Under the pieces are notes generated by a model, which worked only from the letters and a program-made list of their open reading frames with translations, did not search any database and had not been told where the DNA came from. A DNA stretch of 56,758 nucleotides from Asterionella formosa (Eukaryota): assembly GCA_002256025.1 (NCBI GenBank), contig NKIB01013477.1:1-56758 (forward strand), read 5' to 3'. The position numbers and the translations under genes are program-made. Positions 12,076 to 24,048 of the stretch are shown one piece after another; position 1 is the stretch's first letter, and each line of letters begins with the position of its first letter.

Positions 12076-13262
12076 GTTAACTCCTGATGTTATACTAGGG
12101 TACACGGCTATCTATTTTAATCGTCATGAAACCCCGTAGATGTAGAGCAATCCTCTTCCAAAAAGTCGACCCAATAGGCTTTTTCAACAGTCGCCAAAAT
12201 ATTGGAATCGGAATTAGTACGTGCAAAAACGTTCTAGTAGACTTCGAGGCTTGCGTAGGTGTGTTTTGCTGAATAATTCTCTGTCCGAAAATACTCCCGG
12301 ATAAGTTCCCGTGACACTATATATATTAGGTAGCTAAGCAAATGGTACTCCGAGTGCCAGGTAGTTAGTACCTGGTACGAGATGGTACCAGGTACCAGGT
12401 ACCCTAGCCGGACAGCAAGGATCCTGTGTGTGGGTACTGTACGTGCGGCTACCTTGGGAATTCTTGCTCCTTGCTATCATGGTGTGATGAACAGCGAAGA
12501 ATTGGTATTGATTCATATCATGCCAGTGGTCTTTTATCAAAATTTTCAACTACGCACTAAAAACCCCTCGTTTTTTCCCAGGTGAAGGTCTTGTAATCAA
12601 GATATTTAACTTTTCTAGAGTGAAAACGTGTTTTACCGGACCTTTCCCACGGGCGATAGTGACGTCAATCTGAAGCATTAAACCAGGATCCTCAGGGAGG
12701 TACCTGGTACAGGAAAATCCGTACTTCCTCGCCATCGTGCACGGCCCTCGCTGCCTTATTTTTGAAAGAATATCTTGCAAAATTCTAGTCGCGCGCTCTT
12801 CTGCGAAGTTCGCGTTCGGTACTTCTTGAAAAGTATGCACGACTATGTGTGATCATTTTGTCAAATCGAGTTTGAGCTCTGATGAGGCATTAAACATCCA
12901 CGGGCAATATGACGAACGTTTGCTTCCAATACACGGCGAGATATCATTTACCCGTGGTAGCAGGTAGTTGCTACTCCATATATAATCATTCGACTGCTAA
13001 TACATATAATTTGCACGACCATCAATTGCTCCTTTTTCTGTATTGTTGTTACACATAGTACCTGACACCATCAGGATAGCGGCACCCTGATGTCATTACG
13101 CGTACCTGGTACCAGTATACTGATGATATTATGAACCAGTACCTGGTACCAGGTACTGTAGTTTCAAAAGCATGCATCATATCACCTACCGGTAATGTTA
13201 GTATATCAAACGTAAAGATGAATACTATATCAGGAATCTAACCATTCTAGTATAAGTCGGTT

Positions 13263-13908
13263 ATGAGCAGCACCTACAACCAACATTGTTTCAAGTATGG
13301 ATGCTCCTGCATTCCTTTATCTTTGAAATGTTATGATGAGGTGGACCAACACACAGTGTCAGCGGAAAGTGAACAGCAATGGTTCCTTGTTTTACAAAGA
13401 TTGTGTCATGGGAGATCCATTGTCGAAATGATATTGATATGTTTGCAAGGATTCTGTAGATGGAACTGACTTTCGGATTTACAAATAAGGCTCCATTTCG
13501 GAGTGCATGGGTTGTTCTCCAACAAGTTCAATGGGCCTGCACTTCATTATGAAGTTAAAGTTTGTATTCAAAGTGGGGATATTGTGTGGTTTAATGGTCC
13601 GAAATACACATTTTACGTTAGGACTTGAAGTTTATGTTGCGTGATGGAGAACAGGTGGAAGCAGAACATGGCTGCAAGGAAAAACCATTTTATATTTCTA
13701 CTCCTAATGGAGACATAGAGGACATTGTTAAGATTATATGCGCTAGCGAAGAATGTGTAAACAAGCGATTCAAGCAATGGGAAAGTATAAGTTGAGTGTA
13801 TCGACATAGTCTATCCAAGCATCAAAGTGTTTTCAGCGCCGTTTCGGCTGCTGTGACTCAGCTTTCAAATGAAAAGGGTGAATCTTTGTTTAGAGTTGAA
13901 TATGATAG
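13263..13908 (+). pseudogene. Decayed PIF/Harbinger-type DDE transposase
   Basis: Frame-broken remnants SVDGTDFRI, NKFNGPALHYEVKVCIQSGDIVWFNGP, LRDGEQVEAEHG, VNKRFKQWE, YRHSLSKHQSVF, GESLFRVEYD. This matches the DDE_Tnp_4-like layout, with stops and frameshifts. Confidence 0.75.
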
Positions 13909-14204
13909 AAACAACAATAGATAAACATTTTAGAAATTCGTAGCCTATGTACGAATGGATTCCTTGTATACGTACTAGTAGCACATTGCTGCTTAATCCA
14001 TAATAACACAACATCATATCATAATAACGTGATTGATGATTTAGCGGTTTATGTTCTAAACATAGGCTTATTGTTTGGTTTAGATGCTTTTGATCACAGA
14101 ATCCGATTAGATCATAGCTGTGCGAAAATGAACTTTTGTATACTTATACAGAATAGAATCTCACTGACATTTAGTCTGTACTTTGACATGAACTTTGTTT
14201 CTTG

Positions 14205-14960
14205 CTAGCGGAATCTTCTCCAAATGAACTTCGCCTTTGCATCAACTGCCTGGAAGTTCGACCGGACTCCAATCAACTCTATAATCCCAAGTCGCATCGA
14301 AATGCCATTTGTTGGCGCATATTCCACCTCAACGAGCGACCATGAATCAGGGATCTCGTTGTCGTTGCTAATCAGCTGCTCTTTTACAGTGAACGGAACA
14401 AATGTGACCTCGTAACCCGACAAACTCTCCCGCATTACCGCAATTGATCCCCTTAAAGCTTGCAATGATTTCATGAACAGAAGGAGAATAGTTGACATAT
14501 CCGCCACTGCCGCAAGCTGAGGCGAATTCATGGCATTGGCATTTGGCTCGAGTGAAGTTGACATATCCGCCACTGCCGCAAGCTGAGATGAATTCATGAC
14601 ATTGGCATTTGGCTCGAGTGAAGGGCCAATGCCAAGACAACCAAGTCAGAACACCAAGTATTCATAATATCATTGCAAATGAGAGAAACAGGAAAGGACT
14701 TACCAACAGTTCAGTTATCAATCTGACTTTGGTCAACCATTTTGGCCTTGCTGGTATGAAAAGCATCACAAGTAGCTAATCTTGGCTGCCCATCCATCCT
14801 GCGAGGTCATGATACTCTCTAAATTGAATGGATGATTGTGATCACGAAACTGAGAAGCTTCAAACGTACCATCACGGAAGCATTGTAAAATTCAAGAATG
14901 TTCTGGATCGCTTTTTGTGGTCCTCGTCCCCTGTCTGTAATGGTGATTATACCAGGATCG
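14205..14960 (-). pseudogene. Degenerate ORF convergent on the transposase relic; possible Harbinger second ORF
   Basis: Partial ORF 14205-14597, GTAAGT donor near 14703, broken upstream frame. The position fits the two-gene Harbinger layout (inference only). Confidence 0.3.
14490..14623. repeat. 66-bp tandem duplication
   Basis: gttgacatatccgccactgccgcaagctgag...catttggctcgagtgaa at 14491 and 14557. Confidence 0.9.
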
Positions 14961-16979
14961 TTTGATATGTACTACAACAAATAATTATTTTATAATTTTG
15001 TAATTATAATTCTGTGCAATATATATTGGGTTAAAATGCATTTAAAGCACCAGAGCATATGACAAGAACCATGTAGGAATTCAATTTGAAATGTTTTCCT
15101 GCACTCTATCAGGCCGGGGAAGTCCTACTATAGATTGCCCAATCCCCTTGTATCGAGGAATTTTTCGACATTTTCCGCGACTAAAAAGTCAACACGGAAA
15201 ATTTCTTGTTCAAAAAGCCGTACGCGAATTTCATTTGCTGGTCGTCCTAACCAGTTGCAATTGGCGCGCTTCTCACCATCGATAGCAGGGCTCGTTCTGG
15301 AGTATTTCTGATGGAGAGATTTCAAAACGAGGCCTCCTGGGTTCAGGAATCTGCCATTTCCATGATAACAACGGGAATATAATTGAGGCATTTGAGTGAA
15401 AGCACGCGAAACAACAAGCATGATTATTCTTTGATATGTTGCATGTCATTATGTGATTATTAACTTTGTATGCTCTGTTTTCAGTCATCGGCTGTGCTTT
15501 CATCACTCAAGCGATTTTTCAATGCAAGAAGGCATCTCCATTCAGCTGAACACACATCAATCAACAGTGCACAGGAAGGTTTAGGTTTGTTGCTGTGGTG
15601 TGAGGATGTATTGTCTGACTGCAAGGCAGAGCAATCAAGCCAATTCTGCTTGCTTATTGCCATGAGCATATGTGATGTTCATCAAGCAGCTTTGGCGACT
15701 TCATCAGCTCAATGTGTGGGCATTTTTGGCATCATGGAGTCAGTTTGATTGCACCTTCGCATCTTTGCTCTCCATTAGGGGTGGGTGTCCCACCGTTGTT
15801 GCTTACATTTTTCATTCAAAAAATGTTTTCATTTCTTTTGTAACATTTGCATTTAAATTAGGACTGCTAAGATACAGTCGTCTTTCCACTGTCGTGCTCT
15901 GAAAAAAGAACAATGGAAATATTGTGGGACCATGGAACAAAGAAAGAGTTAAATCGACAATTCACTAAATCAATATTTTAGATCAAATGGAGTATACTAC
16001 ATTCTTGAAATATATTCCTGGATAGAAACATTTCTATGCGCTGGGACACATTACCATTTACCATTGACTATACTAGCTAGCTTCGAAAACTAAGGAGTAG
16101 TTCCACCAGCCACCAGGACTCAACAATTTGCTAATTTAAAAATGATGACAATTCTAGCTATTGAAATTTTTGGATAACATGGGATTTTTCATAATAGTTT
16201 CTACTCGATTATTTGTATTATTTGTAACTGATGATCACCTTGCATTTATGATACTAAAGCATCACACTACAACAAGTAATCAAAATCAACAGCCATAAAC
16301 AGTGGTGGTTTCAGAATCTGGTAGTAAAGAATGAGCAAGCTAGTTAACAGTGACAACAGGAATGAGGGACAGTTCTGGCTGAGAGAGACTGATCCAGAGT
16401 TGATCATTGGATTCAAACTATCGGTGTTCTGAATAGTCTATATTTTCCAGCTCATTAAAGCAGAATAATATTGTATGGTTGATGAGAGATTGGTAAATAA
16501 ATAGTCGACTCATTCGACTGGGAGTCATAACTACCTGTACGTACATACCCCGGCAGGTGAGCTCACTTTGAAACACAAATACCGGTACCAAACCAGCACT
16601 CAAAAAGTAGACAATGAATTCTGCTGCGCGCGACGATTGAGGGATTTCGGCACGCCATGCTCGGAAGCATAAATTATATATATGTAAAGAACAGACCGTT
16701 ATAAAAGTTTGCAGGTAGATAACGTATATGGCTTATAGTGCAAGTTTTGTATCGTTTAATTTGGAATGCAGATATTACGTAGAGCCAAAGAGTACAGAGG
16801 CAACGAGCATTTTTGGCAAAGCAGAATAATTCGCTTCGCAAGACCCTACATCATGTATGCGTATAAATTCCCATCGCTCAAATAATAAACATCAATCAAG
16901 CAATCCTTGTTCCTTTGGTCGTCCCGCCAAGTCTGCTTTCGAGCCTTCCATTAAAAGAACAATAAACAAATCAACTATC

Positions 16980-17648
16980 ATGACTAGTGTTGCAATGATG
17001 ACACCGGAGACGAAAATGGACGAGGCGTTTTCCAAAATGCAGAGCTCCTTGTCCAAATTCGCCAAAGCAAATGACAGGCGAATGGTGCTGCGATCGTTGC
17101 GAGACGTCAAGTACCTGCTTTGTCTTCCACTGGAACCTGTCTATTCTGACGGAGAAATTAAGGAACTAGAAGACGAAGTTACCAACGAACATGTCATATT
17201 GAACGGCATCCCATTTCACGGAAACTTTTTGGTAACCCTCAAGCACCTTTGTGCCACCATTTGCGAAGGAGTATCCCTCGATGAGAATGCGCTTTATTGC
17301 TCGCTGATTGTTCGTATGGCTCGGACAACGTCCTCTGCTGACTCATATTTCAAGTTGAACTCGTTGCTGGGTTCACCAGATCTTATGCTCATGCCCACGC
17401 AAGGAAAGTCCATTCCACTCAACTTGAATTTGTATTCGAGTATGGGTCATATTCATGCCACAATCTCGACTGTCAACTGTTTTGGATTGTTTCGTAAGGC
17501 CGATCTCAAGCCAGCCGAGCTGGGCAAGGGTCCCATGACTGGTCGTCCTTGGATTAGCATCCAAGCTACTATTGACGAACGAGTCAATTTGAGCACGAAG
17601 GAAGGTGTGAGACATATGAAGGTGAAGCTTCCTGAAACTTTGTACTAA
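16980..17648 (+). CDS. Uncharacterised protein (~222 aa; upstream in-frame ATG at 16857)
   Basis: Clean globular-looking ORF; ATG 16980 follows an A/C-rich leader. No family recognised. Confidence 0.7.
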   Translation: MTSVAMMTPETKMDEAFSKMQSSLSKFAKANDRRMVLRSLRDVKYLLCLPLEPVYSDGEIKELEDEVTNEHVILNGIPFHGNFLVTLKHLCATICEGVSLDENALYCSLIVRMARTTSSADSYFKLNSLLGSPDLMLMPTQGKSIPLNLNLYSSMGHIHATISTVNCFGLFRKADLKPAELGKGPMTGRPWISIQATIDERVNLSTKEGVRHMKVKLPETLY

Positions 17649-17954
17649 AGAGGTGAATCGATAATTTTATGGACAAGGTCCCCTTGGTTCATAGATACGA
17701 GGAGAGATCCAACAGTATGAACGAATTACGAAGTGTCACAGATGGAGCAGGATGATGAGTTGAACCATGACTCTGTGTTGACGCTTATGGAGTACTAAAT
17801 AGAAAAAGCTAACCATGTTGTAAGAGAACTAGTGATTTAATGTTGCATGTGTATCTGACTTTCTCTGTTTGGCCTGGATCTGCGACGTTGTCTATTGATC
17901 AACATGATCAGTAGCCACGACAGTGTTTCTCACAATATGCTACAAATTCTAGGA

Positions 17955-18587
17955 TCAAAACTCCTCCTCTAAATCCTTCAAAATGGAATCAATGTATGTT
18001 CGTAACGTCATGACTTCAGGCCACACGTGCATTTGAAGTTCGTCACCACTGGGTGAAAGCAAGAAAGCGTTGAGATTCTTGGATTCAAATTTACCGCTTT
18101 GGATCAAAGGTGCTAGGTACGATACGACTTCGGATGGCGATTCCTCGGGGGGTTGTAGCAATACAGTTATCTTGTCAGACTTGTCAGTCTCAAAGTATAC
18201 TGGAGATACTAACAACATTTCGAGTGTCCACGGGTACACCTGATGCAATTTAAGAAGCATGGTGTAGTGAAATGTGCAAAAGTCGGCATCCGCGCCCTTT
18301 GGTAGGACTAGAACCAGAGTCAACGTTCCATCGTACTTTTCGAAGGATGCAGCTCTCTTGTGTATATCTTTGACCTGTAAATTGTAGAAATCATCCGCAT
18401 CCTTGGGCCTTCCACCCCACAAGTGGTGTTTTGGTCGAAGCAATGTGGCGCATGTTGTCGGACACGATGCATATAGCTTCGTAAGGCAAGATGTTTCATT
18501 GGCTTTCTCATCACAATGCTCTGGTACTTCTGAGGAGGAAATATCCAGGAAGACAAGGAGGAGGAGCAAGGAGAGTAAGATCGACAT
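17955..18587 (-). CDS. Signal peptide + ShKT-like Cys motif + divergent glutathione peroxidase/thioredoxin-fold domain
   Basis: MSILLSLLLLLVFLDISSS signal; C...C.......CPTTC; FYNLQVKDIH...SFEKYDGTLTLVLV...HYTMLLKLHQVY resembles a GPx N-terminus. Confidence 0.6.
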   Translation of the reverse strand: MSILLSLLLLLVFLDISSSEVPEHCDEKANETSCLTKLYASCPTTCATLLRPKHHLWGGRPKDADDFYNLQVKDIHKRAASFEKYDGTLTLVLVLPKGADADFCTFHYTMLLKLHQVYPWTLEMLLVSPVYFETDKSDKITVLLQPPEESPSEVVSYLAPLIQSGKFESKNLNAFLLSPSGDELQMHVWPEVMTLRTYIDSILKDLEEEF

Positions 18588-19291
18588 TGTTGGAATCGTT
18601 CGCAACACGAAAAGCGAACTCGTTGTGAAGGCGTTGTTGTCATCTCATTATAACCATGTGTGGTGTACTCCTGGATTATGGTAATAAAAGGATGTTCATC
18701 TTTACGTACGATATATTCAAATCAAATAATGGTACAGGTATACCGGACATACCGGTACTGGTACTATATCTGGTTCTTTCCAACCCTTCAGGCTGACATT
18801 AGTCTCCAATGGGCCCAATGTGAAAACCTAGTAAGCATCCCTTTCCTTTAACTTTGCATGCATAATTTTTTTTAAATCAATAGATTGTACTTTTCACCAT
18901 AATAAAAGGGCTATACTTATTAATGAAGAAGAATTGAAATTTGAACTACTAATATTAAGTCATGTGCCACTCACAACATGAAAATCCCACAAAATCAGTC
19001 TGGACTGGTGGAAGGACTCAATATTGTTTCCATGGAATGATGTAAACAACAATCAACATATTAATAGAAACCCATGAGCATACACAACATGCCCAAGAAT
19101 TAATTTTGTAGAATGAATTGAAATTAAATCTAATAATACATTACTACAGCTAGTAGTATATTGTGCTGCCCACATATGAATGGGAACAATTTGTCCTGGT
19201 GTTTTTCATCCTTACAGTACAACAGGACCTATCATTTCGTCAGCAACAGCACCTCCTGGAAACCTCAAGACAAGTAAGTGGAAAAAACAGG

Positions 19292-19352
19292 TGGAGAATG
19301 CAGAAATCGAACCTGCGACTGCCAAAGGTGTGCTACCACTAAGCAATTCTCC
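19292..19352 (-). ncRNA. tRNA-like sequence with collapsed anticodon arm (tRNA pseudogene or tRNA-derived Pol III unit)
   Basis: Minus strand GGAGAAT-TGCTTAGTGGTAGCA-CACCTTTGGCAGTC-GCAGGTTCGATTTCTGC-ATTCTCC-A. It has a perfect 7-bp acceptor stem, D-loop GG, T-arm TTCGA, and a T6 tract 5 nt downstream. Confidence 0.6.
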
Positions 19353-19449
19353 AGTCTTCTTTTGAAGTTGACACATGTAGTAGTACTTTGGGGCTAGTGT
19401 GGAAACAGTCAGCATCCATTACCTCTTACACGAAAAATTACTTGCCTTT

Positions 19450-21500
19450 GGGGAACTAGAAAACTCTGTGCGCATCATTTTAGGTCTATCTTCATGATCT
19501 TGCTTCTAGACGATTCTTCTTCATCTTCGTCTTCGTTTTTGGTAATAAGGATTACATATGCATGCCCCTGAAAAAACCGACAACTTACAGAAATGTTAAT
19601 ATGCCAGCATACCATTTAATTCCATGACTGAGGATACAAGGAATGCAAAAACTCTACTATTTGGCCACCATTTTGTCGTCCCCATACCACCTCCAGATCG
19701 ATTGGGGAATGCCTCTTTGCATGATCATTGCTATCATCAACAGCATGTAGAAATTTGTAGTGGTTGTGGATAACATCAGTACTAGCTAAATTCAATCTGT
19801 TCGTTGTGTCACCCAATTCCTCATTGAAACCATACCAATAGGTTCTAAGGTACCATAAATTGACATTAGAGAGATTATCTAGTCTGATTCCTTCATGCTA
19901 TATACATATGGAAGGGGAGGATGTTCTCTATTTTACTGGCCAGGCATGTGCAAACAAGCCATAATCAAGGTTTTCGAACTGTGCCTTCTAGATTTCTTCA
20001 CCTTGGATGTATTTCGGCCAGAAGAGGCGCTTTTTGATGAGCTCTGACGTATCAAACCCCTTCTATGATACTTTTCAGGACAAAACGCTACTATCAAGAA
20101 TGATAATCCTTGATGACCAACAAAATGTCTTTGAGATTCGAAGGAAAACACAAACAGGTCCTCGAATTCATGATGTAATCGTGATTATACAGTATCTTTT
20201 CCCTTCACCATCTTCATTGCAAACATGATTGCTGTATTGCCCCAGCAAACTGTGTTGTAGTAATTTCGAATGGCTAGCCAATATTTTCGGGGAACAACAT
20301 GAGTCCAGGACAGGTATGTATGTTTGTCCATGTAGACATAATTGCTCAAAATTGTTCTACATGTCTTCATTCCATGCTTCAATCATGTCTCTTACTACTT
20401 CATGAAAACGATCTGGATAATCAGGTGCTGGAAGAATGTTGCAGTTTGCCTGTTTCCTTGAGAATTTCATCAAATCGATCAAGTGACATGATGTGATTTA
20501 GCCGAAATGAGAATTCTTGTACATGCAAGTGACTAAAATCATGAACGCCGTTTCTTTCATGTATTGCTGCCAAAAAATCTTTATTCCGAACCATCTGAGT
20601 AGCTCACAATTATAGATTATAGGTTTGCCCTCTATCTTTAGATTAGAAATAACCAAAGAACGATCTTTCAAAAATTCAAAAGGAAAAAATTATTTGAACA
20701 ACCTGAAGACAGATGCCTTCAACTAAATTAGAAATGATGCATATGGTCCATGTAGTGTTTGTCTACTCCCATCGCAAATTCCTGAGGAATGTGGCGTCCC
20801 CACTCATTCTCAAAAGTATTCTTTACAACTTGATTGGGACAAACAATATTTTCAGGTACTGGGGCATTCTTGTCATCATCAATAACAGAAAATCCAGCTG
20901 CATGAGTTACATTATCAGCGTGATAAATTGTGTCGGTAAAGAACTGGACAAGGTTGCTGAGGAGCTCTGCCCTAAAGGAATGTTTTTCATCTTCTAAGGC
21001 CTCCTCATATACATCATTCTCTTCACCATATTAGAAGTAGTCTGGGTCACCTTTAGAAAGGAAATGATATTGAAATGCAAGAGCAGCATATAGCTCAGTT
21101 TTGTCAGAATCATCCACAGTCCTTGGAAGAACTGGGGACCACAATGGCCATCACCTCCATACCTCTGGTGATTTTCTTGAGCTCCCTCAACAAAGATGTC
21201 GTTCTATTAAGTCGATGACCATTTGCGATATTCCACATGATGATTTTTGACCTGAAGTGATAAGTACTGGGAAAGGCATGAAGAGACAGCACCTTTGCAG
21301 TCCATTGTCTATTTGATTTCTTGCGCCATCCCACCATCCAGACAGATATTTTTGAGATGGTGATTTCGGCAGGCAGACTTCTAATGTATCTGAATTTTTT
21401 TAACCTAGAGCAATAAATGCCTCCATAAACCTCCAGATCTCTATATTTTTATAGATTAACTTTTATGAATTCCTCTGCTTGTATTGATACACGTGTCTGT
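19450..21500 (-). pseudogene. Decayed piggyBac-like transposase
   Basis: Remnants VVPRK...YYNTVCWG...MVKGKD, IILDS..VLK, LIKKRLFWPKYIQGEEI, NHYKFLHAVDD..AKRHSPIDLEVVW resemble stramenopile piggyBac (DDE_Tnp_1_7-like) transposases. Many stops and frameshifts; AT-rich and CpG-poor. Confidence 0.7.
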
Positions 21501-21769
21501 GGAAGATATAAGAAAACAAAAGCAGTGATGAGCCCAACCGGCTGGTACATTCAGTTAACTACAATAGAAAATCACGCTTGTACCAAGTATCATCAACAAT
21601 CAACAAGCAATGAGAGAAAAATCAACATCAAATGATGTTCACAGCACCTACAAGAGCATAAAAGGGAAAATGTGGAACTTCACTGAGATGAAGGAATCAT
21701 TGAATGCAGAGGAGTAAAACATTATTCAAAAGATGTTATGAAGTAGTAAAACAATGATTGAATGATCAA

Positions 21770-21835
21770 GGGAATGGCTTAGTGGTTTATCACATTACCT
21801 TTGATATGAGGTTATTTGATTCAATTCCCGCAATG
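21770..21835 (+). pseudogene. Degenerate tRNA-like sequence related to 19292-19352
   Basis: A-box TGGCTTAGTGG, shared CAC..ACCTTTG, decayed B-box GATTCAATTCC. Stems are poor. Confidence 0.4.
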
Positions 21836-22382
21836 TTTTGAGAAGCAATTTTTTGGTTCAACTCGCACATCACTCTTTACTCTCCCACATGATCTCGTGT
21901 GCAAGAAATAGTGGGTTTTTCGATTAAATGATCAAGAACTGATCATTATCATTACTTGGTTATCCATGTGTAAGTTTGGCAAAGGATCCAGGTTCTAACT
22001 GATCTGAAATCAGTGTCGTTGAATTAATTGTAAATTGATTACATCACATTTATAAACTCAAAATAGAATTTGGAAGCAAAACATTGCTGTCTACATTTGA
22101 CTTGTCTATGACGACTATAGCATGTAGTTTGCATGATTGCATACTGGTTCTCATGTAAGGAATTTAACATATAGAACTTGTCTAGTTAGGCCTGTAAAAA
22201 ATGTAGTCTATGTACCTAAACTGTCTCATTTTGCTCCCAAATCTTGCATTCAGAGCCCTATTTCAGAGCATATCTGATTGTAACTTTCCATAGTTACCAC
22301 CACCTTTCCACAACGGAATCGTGTTTAGGATTCGAATTTAAAAAAACATGGAACTCACCTCTTTTCCGCTGGTGTAGAAGGA

Positions 22383-23110
22383 TTATGCTTTGGTTGCTGC
22401 ACCGCCCCTTCCGCCACGTCGCGATCGTGGCCCTGGCTTGCGTCCGCCTCGGTTAGCTCCTTTGGGAAGCGTTGTTTTCGCAGTCGTCCCCTTCTTTCTC
22501 ACCTTTTTGACACCCAACAGATTCTTTCTCTTAGTTTTTACACTGGTGGCACCTGGAGCTTCTCCTGACTCATCTTCGGCTACATCTTCACTATCGTTCT
22601 TAATGTCGTCTTCCTCGTCGCCTTCCTCCTCCAGATCATCGTCTCCTGCAACTTGAGCCTGCCACGCTTGAATGGCTCGTTGTTGCACAACACTTGTGAC
22701 ACGTTCGTGAACATCGGGTATGTTCCAATCTGGGATTTGCAAGGCTGAGAGACATTTGTCAATGTATAGTTGTTCGGTATCAGTATCGCCCATGCCAACA
22801 AGCTCCACCGTTTGGGCATAATCGTGCAATGCTTGTTGCGCTACTTGCGTGTATTCTTGCACTTGTGAGTCGTGAAGTGATTGGAGTTGTTTCTGTCAAA
22901 ATGTGTGAGTTGACGGCAGCAAAAGAATTGCCGTATTAGGCGACATTGCACCTAGCTCACCTGGACTGAAACATCCGCACCAGCGCTTTGCATGGCAGCA
23001 TCCCACGATTGCATCAAATCATCGTAAGTCAATGGCTGACCGAGGGCATGCTTGTTCAACAACGGCTTCAGGTAGGCGCTCAAGGCTGCAGTGGACAATG
23101 ATGCGTTCAT
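22383..23110 (-). CDS. Small probable nuclear protein with acidic tract and Lys/Arg/RGG-rich tail, 2 exons
   Basis: ATG 23110, 50-codon exon, GTGAGC..CAG intron 22960-22893, in-frame exon 2 to stop at 22383. Confidence 0.75.
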
Positions 23111-24048
23111 TGTTTGATAATAATAGTCTGTAGAGGAATACTCGTTTCACCGATGAATAGGTTCTTTTGGAGAAATTTAATCATCCATCAATTATCGATT
23201 CTTTCCCAAGAGCGAATATGACACACTTGTTTCTATGATATACCGGTATGCTGATGAATCATTCCAGGATGAAACAAAACAAGTCGAATTCACCATGATG
23301 GCCGGGCGGATTGATATCTAGCTACCGGTATGTACTAACTAACAAAACGAAGCTGCCCCAGGCCTGGTGTGACTCCTACATAAAGCGAGGGCACTTACCG
23401 GTACCAGGTACCTGGTACCTGGTACTGTAAGCAATACGGAGTACCTGGTACCCGGTCCCTACCTTGTACCAGTACCAGTACCAGCAACCCACCTGGTACC
23501 AGGTACCTGGTATGGTACCAGGTACCAGGTACCGGTACGGTACCAGCCGGAGCGAACACCCACATAAATTCACGCACCGGTAGCTACCACTACGCAAAAT
23601 TGAAATGAATCAGACATGCATGTCATGATGTAATCGTGCATTCATCACCTGTTCTTATTCAGCCAAACATACAGCCAATATTTATGGCGGAATGTTGCTG
23701 TACCTGGTGTACAGACGTTCAGCCCACATACAGTACCTTTCCTTACTCGGCCTAGCGGTAAGTACAGTTTCGATCCGGCCGGATTCTTCGTATCATTCTT
23801 GTAGCTGTGCGATTCAGTAGAAAATATAAGAGGATTGTGAAACCAAAGGTATGTAGAATTCAACGTATTTCCTTTCCCTCGTTGCTTCGGGACCTATGCC
23901 TTTCGGGACACGGTGATGGTTTGGTTCCTGCCTCCCACTATCGTAGTATCAAGCAGCGGAAGTGCTGCTTGTCATCCAAAAAGACATTGCTCATTGGCTT
24001 TTTCTTGTCGTGCCTTTCGAGAACAACCTTTTTCCTTCGACCGATCAG

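Noticed and set aside
12550..12840. 96-aa minus ORF or possible transposon end
   Set aside because: No recognisable motif, ATG start or matching terminal repeat found.
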